Positions 19,664 to 28,800 of a stretch of 64,000 nt of DNA are shown here, piece after piece. The notes below the pieces were generated by a model, which did no database searches, was not told where the DNA came from, and worked only from the letters and a program-made list of their open reading frames with translations. Within the stretch, counting starts at the first letter, position 1; the number at the start of each line of letters is the position of its first letter. Origin of the DNA: a virus; IMG/VR virus record IMGVR_UViG_3300021079_000001, positions 1-64,000 of that record; one strand, given 5' to 3'. A program made the translations under genes and the position numbers.

Positions 19664-19904
19664 CCAACTCAATAACACAGGGTATAATGAGTTGATCACG
19701 GACATTGATCGTACTATATTATACCTGTCTGAGTTGCAATTCACTAACCAGATATATGGTATGCAGCAGTACGTGGACATGCATTTGTATGATGCTCTCT
19801 GTGACTACCGGGAGATATTGATGGATAAGTTCATGGGGTGTAACTGTCTGGATGATGAGTATATACTATACATTATTAATAAGATAAAGAAAATAACCTG
19901 CTAA
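19632..19904 (+). CDS. small structural protein (tail hub-like)
   Basis: ORF track; coupled to the next gene by TAATG. Confidence 0.6.
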   Translation: MYLINPIITDNQLNNTGYNELITDIDRTILYLSELQFTNQIYGMQQYVDMHLYDALCDYREILMDKFMGCNCLDDEYILYIINKIKKITC

Positions 19905-21064
19905 TGGGACATGGATGTAATAGTAGTTGTAGTAACTACTTCGAGAAACAGATACCGGATACTGGTGTGAAATACACTGGACCTGCTATACCTGCATTGG
20001 GTATATGTACTGGTGATTATCTGTCTGAAGTAGATGCAGTGATATTGCAGAAACTGGTAGACTACTCTACAGGAGTTGGAATATCTATACCTTCTATTGA
20101 TCTTACACAGGGAGCATGTGCTGTATTATTCGCTGACTGTATAGGCTGTTGTAATAGTTGTACCGATCTACCGTGTCTATTGGCATGTTATAAGACAGCC
20201 ATATGTACACTATACACTGATGTAACTACTATACAGGCCGAGATAGGGCCATTGCTGTCTGGATATGCTACAGGCTGTCTACCAGGTGTTGATAACACAT
20301 CTCTGGTATCTCAGGTTATACAGGTACTCATTAATCAGTATTGTATACTGAATGCGCAGGTACAGGCATTACAGATTACTGTAGATAACTTGTCATCCGG
20401 TCTGGGTAATACTATAGGCAACTTCCTATTAGGCCATATAACAACCTGTTCAGGTACACAGAATGTTATCAAGACGGGAGCAGGGTCTACAGCATCTATA
20501 CAGTTTCAAGGTTTTGTACCAGTAGGAGCTGTCATCCCATATGCAGGTAATCTCAGTAATTTCTCCGGTGGAGTTGGTATACCTGGTACTCCAATGTGTG
20601 GGTGGAATGTAGCTAATGGTCAGAATCTTACTGTGAACATGATGGGTCAGGTTCCTGTAGGTCTCACGAATATGGATGGTACATTACCATCCAATGCAAT
20701 CGGTCTATCAGTGGTTACTGTAGGAGCTATAATACCCGGTAGTGAGGCTACTCATATACTAACCGGGCCAGAATCTGGAACAGCTAGTCATACACATACT
20801 GTTAATGATCCTGGCCATAGTCACGTAATATCAGTTAATCTAGACAGTGCATCTGGTGCTAATAATGCTAACTACATGAAGTTCGATGCAACTAGTTATA
20901 CGAACACACTAGACGGTCAACCAGATTCAGGCAATATACATGCGAAGATACGTACTAACTATACTGGTATATCCATTAACCCATCAGGTGCTGTTAATGC
21001 AGTAAGTGCTCATAACAATATGCAACCCTCTACAGGATTATTATATATTCAACGAATGTTCTAA
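19904..21064 (+). CDS. short tail fibre with phage tail-collar domain and Cys-rich N-terminus
   Basis: 'VPVGAVIPYAG...GWNVANGQN', HxH motifs 'HTHTVNDPGHSH', 'AHNNMQPS..LLYIQR'. Confidence 0.8.
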   Translation: MGHGCNSSCSNYFEKQIPDTGVKYTGPAIPALGICTGDYLSEVDAVILQKLVDYSTGVGISIPSIDLTQGACAVLFADCIGCCNSCTDLPCLLACYKTAICTLYTDVTTIQAEIGPLLSGYATGCLPGVDNTSLVSQVIQVLINQYCILNAQVQALQITVDNLSSGLGNTIGNFLLGHITTCSGTQNVIKTGAGSTASIQFQGFVPVGAVIPYAGNLSNFSGGVGIPGTPMCGWNVANGQNLTVNMMGQVPVGLTNMDGTLPSNAIGLSVVTVGAIIPGSEATHILTGPESGTASHTHTVNDPGHSHVISVNLDSASGANNANYMKFDATSYTNTLDGQPDSGNIHAKIRTNYTGISINPSGAVNAVSAHNNMQPSTGLLYIQRMF

Positions 21065-21663
21065 TGGCTAACACATGCTGTCCTCCGGGATATACATATA
21101 ATGTAGTTAATAAGATATGCAACCCTGATGCAGGAGGAGATCTTCCACAACTTCCTGCTATACCGTGTGGGTGTTGCCCAGAGGGGTATGCGTATGTTAA
21201 TACAGATGGTACGTTCTTCAGTTACCAGACTGGAACATACATACATGTTCAGAACCCTGATGCAACCCCGTTTATCAATAACTGTGTTCGAATAGTCAAT
21301 ACTAGTTGGGCTATATTGCCAACTGATCCTGTTATTGATCCTATAGGTTGCCCATGTTGTCCTGATGGATATATCTATGACTCGGTTAGAGCAGTTTGTG
21401 TACAGTTGAAAAACCCTAAGAGTATTTTATCTACTATACCATGCCTGGACTGTAACTGTGTAACACCCGAACCAGCACCTTGTCCTACATGTGGGCCAGA
21501 TGGTGTAGCTATATCCTTTACATACGACTTCATGACCAGACAGTGTGATGACTGTTGTACTACTGGTCCGGTACCAATACCCTGTTGTATACAACCATTT
21601 ATACCTCCACAGTTTGGAGATCCTGATATGACATTTAGATTAACGAACCTCAACTACATATAA
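21064..21663 (+). CDS. Cys-rich repeat protein (3 x CCPxGYxY; 21 Cys in 199 aa)
   Basis: Direct reading of the translation. Confidence 0.75.
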   Translation: MANTCCPPGYTYNVVNKICNPDAGGDLPQLPAIPCGCCPEGYAYVNTDGTFFSYQTGTYIHVQNPDATPFINNCVRIVNTSWAILPTDPVIDPIGCPCCPDGYIYDSVRAVCVQLKNPKSILSTIPCLDCNCVTPEPAPCPTCGPDGVAISFTYDFMTRQCDDCCTTGPVPIPCCIQPFIPPQFGDPDMTFRLTNLNYI

Positions 21664-21664
21664 C

Positions 21665-23494
21665 ATGCCTACTAATGCCAATACAGTACAATATACCGGA
21701 GTAGCACTTTCATACATAGGGGTTACACCTAACCAGTATCTGGGTACTATATTATCAGAGATTAATACTGCTGTTAATAACCTGAACCCATCCCCCAACT
21801 TTAGTGCATTCAACTACGGTCCATATAATGGGTATACAGTTACTACTACTACAGGTGGAGTACCTAGTACTATACAGGAGTTTGTAGAGGGTATATCGAA
21901 GATAGTAGATATTGACCAATATAACCTGGCTAACTTCATTGCAACTACATACGCTGCTGATCAGACTGTATTATCATCAGCTATAAGTGCATTACAGACA
22001 CCGGCACTTACCTATTCTGTAACAGCAGGAGGTAGTAGTATAGTTATTACCAGTGGTATGACACGTAACCAGGTACTCTCTGCTACCTATACAGGAGTTG
22101 GTAGTATATTGAACTTACTTGCAGCACCAGGTAATACATGGAGTAATTTGAGTATCAGTACACCAGTTACTATACTAGCTGCATTCAATGACCTCATCAC
22201 TTATATTGCTAACCTCACTACTACCGTATCTGGTAAACAATCTACTATAGGGACATTTGATGCTACTCCTATAGGCGGTGGTGCAACTGATAGTATTTCT
22301 ACTACAGTTAATGAACTTATTGCATATACAGCGGCATTACCGTCATATACATCAGGTGCAATAACATGGGGGTGTATAACACCAGGAGGAGATATACAGT
22401 CTGATATACAGGCTATAGTAACGTTTACTTCCTATATAGCCAACACGTATATATCAAGTGCTGGTACCGGAATGAGTGTGGTATCAGGAAGTGCATGTAA
22501 TGGTAATGCGCTATCTATTGATACAACGTGGGTAGGATTATATAAGGTAGCTGTAGATAGTAGTGATACTACTCCTAATAGTCTGTTAGCCAAGTTAACT
22601 GCGGGTACTGGTATATCACTAACTGTAACATCACCAGGAGGTAATGAGACAGTGCTGGTAACTAACTCACTACCTGCAGATGGTAAAACACTAGTGAACT
22701 CATCAGACACTATTAGTAACTACTTACAGGCTAAATTGCCATCATCTCCTGGTAATTGGGGGTTAGCTAATATAGTAGCCCCTACTGTAGATAATAGTCA
22801 ACTCACAATATCTCCCACTATAACTGACCCAACTACATTCGTCACTAACCTCATGAGCTATGTAGCTAGTGATCCCGCATTACTAGCATTATGGTGCTCA
22901 ATTAACAGTCAATGTGCAGGGTGTACATGTACAGCACCTAGTAACCTTACAGTTAGTCTGGGTATGGGCACATTTATACTAGCATGGACAATAGGAGGTA
23001 CACCAGTATCACAGATGACAGAGTACAGACAACGGGGATTTGTAGACTGGATAACTAATGTGAATATATCACCAACTAACCCAGAAGCTAATGACATTAC
23101 TACATCCACAGTGTCTAACTTAGATGATAATACAGTATATCAGTTCCAGATAGAGAGCGTATGTTCAGGTGCTACTAATGGATCTAATGTCTATGAGGCT
23201 ATACGATACAGCTGCCAGTCACTTACTGCAGTAGTTGTAGGCGGTATAATATCAGTTAACCAGTCTATACTGTCTACTATAGATACTATACAGTATCAAC
23301 TACTCAATGTAGCTGATGTAGTTGTAGATTCACAGACTGCTACAGGTCTTGCCCCTAATGCTAACTTCGCATCCCAGGATGCAGGTACTTATCATGTTAA
23401 TTGGAGAATGGGCACATTGATTAATGGGGTAATGTCCTATTCAGATGACCAGTTGGAAGGGTGGTGCACATTAACTGGTATAGTAATATCCTAA
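21665..23494 (+). CDS. tail fibre or baseplate-like protein with a C-terminal FN3/Ig-like domain
   Basis: 'APSNLTV..LAWT..EYR..NLDDNTVYQFQI' FN3 pattern; duplicated 'V(D/N)SSDT..(S/Y)L.AKL' motif. Confidence 0.7.
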   Translation: MPTNANTVQYTGVALSYIGVTPNQYLGTILSEINTAVNNLNPSPNFSAFNYGPYNGYTVTTTTGGVPSTIQEFVEGISKIVDIDQYNLANFIATTYAADQTVLSSAISALQTPALTYSVTAGGSSIVITSGMTRNQVLSATYTGVGSILNLLAAPGNTWSNLSISTPVTILAAFNDLITYIANLTTTVSGKQSTIGTFDATPIGGGATDSISTTVNELIAYTAALPSYTSGAITWGCITPGGDIQSDIQAIVTFTSYIANTYISSAGTGMSVVSGSACNGNALSIDTTWVGLYKVAVDSSDTTPNSLLAKLTAGTGISLTVTSPGGNETVLVTNSLPADGKTLVNSSDTISNYLQAKLPSSPGNWGLANIVAPTVDNSQLTISPTITDPTTFVTNLMSYVASDPALLALWCSINSQCAGCTCTAPSNLTVSLGMGTFILAWTIGGTPVSQMTEYRQRGFVDWITNVNISPTNPEANDITTSTVSNLDDNTVYQFQIESVCSGATNGSNVYEAIRYSCQSLTAVVVGGIISVNQSILSTIDTIQYQLLNVADVVVDSQTATGLAPNANFASQDAGTYHVNWRMGTLINGVMSYSDDQLEGWCTLTGIVIS

Positions 23495-23556
23495 CCAGCA
23501 GCGTTAGACTACCTACTATACATCTAACCAACTTATATGAATACTCAATAACTTTG
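23491..23556 (+). promoter_or_regulatory. promoter region: palindrome CTAACCA-GCA-GCGTTAG (23491-23507) and -7 element TAACTTTG (23549-23556)
   Basis: Same 58-bp spacing as at 5838 and 37541. Confidence 0.75.
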
Positions 23557-23563
23557 TTACTGC

Positions 23564-24322
23564 ATGATCACACGTTCACTTAGGGAAGCAATCAGTAGGG
23601 TACGGGGGGAGTTCAAACTGACTTCCAGCGATACTGTACAGAATGCATCTGACCGGTTCATAGCTAGTGAATTAGAATCTACGGCTCTGAAATTTGTAAG
23701 ACAGGTAACTGATAAAAGGAAGCTATGGAACTCCGGCAACCTATTCACTGTTATTCCCTGTCTGAAGATGAAACAAGTATCAATAGCGGAGTGTTGTGGG
23801 TACAAGTCAGATTACATTATATCCCGTTCAGTAGTACAACTTCCTAAGATAGCTGAAGGTAATAACTTTGGAATGCTAATACAGGGTGTATATTCCATTG
23901 ATCTCATATCCAGAAAGTTCATAGAGAGTACACCCGATAGGTTTGTTAACTCTTTATCATTAGGGTTGAAGACAAACCAGATACACTTCTGGATACAGAA
24001 TAAATATCTCTATATAGGAAGTGATAGCATAGAGAAGGTGAAGATATCAGCATACTTTGAAGAGGACATACCAGAGTCATTACAATGGTTTCCAGGTTAT
24101 TGTAATAGGCCATTGGCTGTAGGGTGTTGCAGTGCATCAGATGAAATATCTATTAACGATATGAGCCTATGCTGCCCCCCTAACCCATATGACTTAGAGT
24201 TTAGGTGCCCTGGATATATGGCAGATGATGTCATAAAGGAAGTAGCTAACAAATTACTGGGTACATATAAAAGGAGTGCTGATAATGACGGAGCTCCTCT
24301 AGGAAAGGATAACACAAAGTAA
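23564..24322 (+). CDS. tail ring protein
   Basis: 'FWIQNKYLYI..KVKISAYFEED' and 'YDLEFRCPGYM' pattern; synteny before the IHF-like gene and muzzle. Confidence 0.65.
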   Translation: MITRSLREAISRVRGEFKLTSSDTVQNASDRFIASELESTALKFVRQVTDKRKLWNSGNLFTVIPCLKMKQVSIAECCGYKSDYIISRSVVQLPKIAEGNNFGMLIQGVYSIDLISRKFIESTPDRFVNSLSLGLKTNQIHFWIQNKYLYIGSDSIEKVKISAYFEEDIPESLQWFPGYCNRPLAVGCCSASDEISINDMSLCCPPNPYDLEFRCPGYMADDVIKEVANKLLGTYKRSADNDGAPLGKDNTK

Positions 24323-24328
24323 CTACAT

Positions 24329-24883
24329 ATGCCATTCAACTTCGCAGGACAGTACCATGGTGGAAGACCGAAGTATGAAGTAACTACCGGATCTAAAGCA
24401 TCCTATACAAAGTTCATGCAGTCTAATCCAGGGGCACAGTTAACATTCAAACAATACTACCAATGCATTGTTGAACTTAACCGGTACTATCTGAAGTACA
24501 TACTGGAGACAGGGAAGAAAGTAATACTCCCTCATGGTATGGGCAAGATGATGATACAACGAAGTCCTGATAATAGAGGAATAGCGTACAGAAGAGGTTG
24601 TGGAATAAATTGGAAAGAGACCATGGTTCAAGGTACATTAGTACCATGGACCAATCACCATACAGACGGTAGCAGGTTCAAGTACAAGTGGATACGAACA
24701 ACCTCTAAAATAAGATGTAAAGCTATATGGCGATTGACAATGAGCAAAGAGAATAAGAGACTATTGAATAAGTATATTATGGATGAGGACAATGATTACA
24801 AGGATAGGTATGCCATTCTCCCCAAACCAAACAAATCACGAGTATATGACAAACGGAAGTCCAACAAAGTATATAAGCCCTGA
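24329..24883 (+). CDS. IHF-like protein of the crAss tail module
   Basis: 'ILETGKKVILPHGMGKMMI..INWKET..NHHTDG.RFKYKW'. Confidence 0.65.
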   Translation: MPFNFAGQYHGGRPKYEVTTGSKASYTKFMQSNPGAQLTFKQYYQCIVELNRYYLKYILETGKKVILPHGMGKMMIQRSPDNRGIAYRRGCGINWKETMVQGTLVPWTNHHTDGSRFKYKWIRTTSKIRCKAIWRLTMSKENKRLLNKYIMDEDNDYKDRYAILPKPNKSRVYDKRKSNKVYKP

Positions 24884-25796
24884 GCATATATATGCAAGGA
24901 TCAAGGAGGAAATGAAAGATTATTTCAATACAGGGGCTATTGATGATCTTCTATTTCCTACCTGGACTGCAGATTGTCTGGAGAAAATGGAGAATACATA
25001 CCGTCCTATAGTACCCTGTGTCATGGATATGTGGAATAGAAAGTGCGATCTGCCATGTGACTTTTTTCAAGTCAGAGAAGTTTGGATGTGTGCCACATTT
25101 AATAAAGGCCCTATAATATCCCCTCATGTATTCTATTATCAGACTGACTGTAGGGTAGCTCCTTATGTAGAAACGAATAACTGCCCAAGTTGTTCTCCAG
25201 GAAACCCATGTACTGACCATATACAACAACCTGTCAATCTACCTGATCTGTGTGGAGTATCTGATAACTTCATAGTCACTAATAAGGTGATGACCCAGTT
25301 ATCGTTCACTTTCTCCGTATCTTGTTTATTGAAACCGGGTAACTTCAAGACCATTGCAAATTGCCATAACGAATCTCCTAATGTATGCAGCAGCGCACTG
25401 GACACATTCGATATAGTAGGCAATCATATGATAACCTCATTTCAGTCCGGTACCATATACATGTCCTACTATTCTCAGAGAGGTGTAGACTCTGAGACTG
25501 GGTATTACATGATTCCTGATAATGACCCATTCCAGAAGTACCTATATAGGTATATTCGGTTCATGGTGTATCAACAACTATTCGATCAGAGTACTGATGA
25601 AACATTCAATCAGATAAGAGCTAAAAGGGACGATGCTGAAGGCAGGATGAATGAAGAGTACATCAATGCCAGGAATTATGCCATAGCAGATAGTATATAT
25701 GGAGTACAGCAGTCTATCATACGTTCATATAATAGAAATAACAGATATCTGTTACCTGGTCCAACAACTAGAGTACAGAGGGGAAGATATTGGTAA
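24846..25796 (+). CDS. tail tubular or ring protein (probable start 24846, not 24783)
   Basis: 'KYISPEHIYARIKEE', 'ITSFQSGTIYMSYY...YMIPD'; immediately precedes the muzzle. Confidence 0.7.
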   Translation: MTNGSPTKYISPEHIYARIKEEMKDYFNTGAIDDLLFPTWTADCLEKMENTYRPIVPCVMDMWNRKCDLPCDFFQVREVWMCATFNKGPIISPHVFYYQTDCRVAPYVETNNCPSCSPGNPCTDHIQQPVNLPDLCGVSDNFIVTNKVMTQLSFTFSVSCLLKPGNFKTIANCHNESPNVCSSALDTFDIVGNHMITSFQSGTIYMSYYSQRGVDSETGYYMIPDNDPFQKYLYRYIRFMVYQQLFDQSTDETFNQIRAKRDDAEGRMNEEYINARNYAIADSIYGVQQSIIRSYNRNNRYLLPGPTTRVQRGRYW

Positions 25797-25807
25797 TATA
25801 ATATACA

Positions 25808-28800
25808 ATGGCAGTTAGTAACACACCTATACAACCAAGGGCCGGTATCAATACGGACTCCATCATCTCGGAAGTAGGTGCTGGATATCTGACTGATGCC
25901 CTCAATGCGATTAACAGTGCGGTCAATGGAATGCAGATATCCTACCAGAATGAGGAGGGTAATGTATTATGCCTCACTATGCCATCTGGGTACAAGTGTA
26001 TTGGACTGAAGAACATTACACAACTGAATAACACTTACTACTTCTTAACTAATCCTACTACTGGGTATAGTATATTCGGATATGTGGTTAATAGTCAATG
26101 CATATTCAATTCACTCATAGATGATACTGTTACTGGTTCTGATGTTATTGGCTGGAATATTGGACATCCTATCCAAAAAGTCGAAGTAAAGACCACCAAC
26201 TGTAGTACCCAATTGTACTTCACTGATCGGTATAATGTACGTAGATATATTGATCTCAACAACTTACCATTCTATACAGGTACTACAGCAGTAGATACTA
26301 ATGAGATGGCAGTACAGCCTACATTCGCTATACCTAATATACATGTTAATAAGATAGCAGTAGGTGGTAATATTATCGAGGGTGATTACCAGTTCTGTAT
26401 ACAGTATGCTGATGTACGTAGTAATGGGCTTACAAGGTTCTACAGTGTCACTAACCCTGTTCGTATATTCCTGCAGGGAAAGACATCACTGGATTACAAC
26501 TTACTCACTAACCAGGCTATACAGGTAGATATTAGTAACTTAGATACTACAGGGCTATATAGCTACTTCAACCTGGTAGTCATAAAGACTATTAACGCAG
26601 TAACTACATGTGAGTATGTAGGTACATACCATATACAGACAGCTACATACACTCACACATATACAGCACTGGAACAGAGTTCTATCAATACCCCTATAAC
26701 CCTTACTGAGGTTATGGAGCAGTTCGAGTACTATGATATAGCCGGTACATTGTGTCAAGTAGATAATGTACTTGTATGGGGTGACCTCATTAAGGAGGAA
26801 GATATTAGCTACCAGTCTATCTGGTCACAGGTACAGGTAGGGTGGGGCACATCACAGGTTCCATATGGTTCCTATGGGCAGATGCTAGGATACTCTGATG
26901 GTACTGTGTGTGCCAACTATGAGGGCTACTTCCGGGATGAGGTATATGCCCTTGAGGGGTGCTTCCTATTCGCTAATGGAAAACAGTCTATCAGATGTCA
27001 TATACCCGGTAGAGTAGCCACTGCATATGATCTGACATTCGTAGTTCCGAATAGTGATACAACATCTATAGAGGAGGGTACATGCCCTACACCACTGCTG
27101 CCTAGATGGAAAGTATATAATACGGGCTCACCAACTGGAATGTTACCCGGTAGTAGTGACCCATGTACAGGTGTACGGCCATGGGAACATGGTACTATGT
27201 CCTATTGGGAATCCACTGATGTGTATCCTGCCAATACTGCTATATGGGGACCATTGGCTAATCAACCTATACGTCACCACAAGTTCCCAGATAGTACAGT
27301 AACACATATACATGACAGTGCAGGTAATGTATACCCCATTGGATTCACAGTGGATATAGCATCACTACGGAATGCAATAGCTACATCATCACTCACACAG
27401 GCGCAGAGGAACTCTATAGTGGGGTTCAAGGTAATGCGTAGTGACAGAGGTGCTGACCGTAGTGTAGTTGCTAAGGGACTGCTATTTAACTGTGGCCAGT
27501 ATACTAAGGACGGGAGCACCTACTTCTATCCTAACTACCCATTCAATGATGTTCGTCCTGACCCATTCATATCCTCACAACCGGTGGGTAATAAGTCAGG
27601 AGATAATGCTACACATAGGCTAAATGACTTCCAGAAGGACCGGTTCACATTCCATAGCCCTGATACCCACTTCTTCCAGGCAGCTGGTATACAGGGGTCA
27701 TTCCTGAAGTTGGAGACAGCAGAGTTCGGTAACTGCACATCCCACTTCGTACAAGTGAAGGACAATGCAGGAGAGAAGATAATAACGAAACAGGTACTGG
27801 AGATATCATTCGTAGTTGCCTGTCTCTCTACTATATCACTAGAGTTCGATAAGAGCAACTCAACTACTACAGGTACTGAAGATCTTGATACTACCAGCAC
27901 ACATGTAATGCCAAAGTTGGATATCAACAACTTCTTCCCTACCTATAATACGATGCTGGAGGTACTCACTAAGTTGGTACCCTACTTCAACTATGGATGG
28001 CAGTACAATGGAGTGGGCCAGTACAACAACTTCGTAAAAGTTCCTAATGATGTGGGTAATAAGATACGGCTGATACAACATGGAGGTTATGTGAATTCCG
28101 GTATCAATAGTACATTTGGAGATATATACCCACTGAATAATACAGATAGGGAGTCATCAGTGTATGTAGCTGTTAACAGTACACTGCCATATACTCATGA
28201 ACAAGGAGCACTACAGGACACATCCAGAGTAACTGCAGGTCAGGCAGGAGTATGTAACCACAGTACTCCATTCATACGGGAAGTATCCTCATACTATTGC
28301 TCACTGAAGAGACAATTAGATGACCAGTATGGGGAGATATTCTCATATCAGGTAGTAGATACCGGTACACAGAGTAAGTTGCTGGATAGCAATGGCAATA
28401 GAATAACTACACTACCTATAGTATACGGAGGTGACTGCTTCATCAATCAGTTCGCACTGAAGATCAAACAGGCATTCTATCTAAAGAGTACTGTGAATAG
28501 ACCAGATGGGTATGATATTAACTACAACCAAGATGCATTTTCACACACCAATACTGGTAATATAGGGTATCCCATATACTACTACAGTACTGATAATGAA
28601 ACACTTGCCGGAGATAATCCATTCGGTCCAGGGCTTCAACATCTACAGGATCTATTCAATACACCAATAGGAATAGGTATACTCATATTAACAGGAGGTT
28701 TGGCATTAGTTGCTGTAATGTTGGAACTGGTAGCTGAGTTATTTGGTTCAGTGTTCTTCCAGTCATTCGGACTGAAGATAACCAACCTGGAGTGTAACAA

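Noticed and set aside
24783-24845. ORF-track start at 24783
   Set aside because: It creates a 100-bp overlap with the upstream gene; the ATG at 24846 gives a more typical N-terminus.
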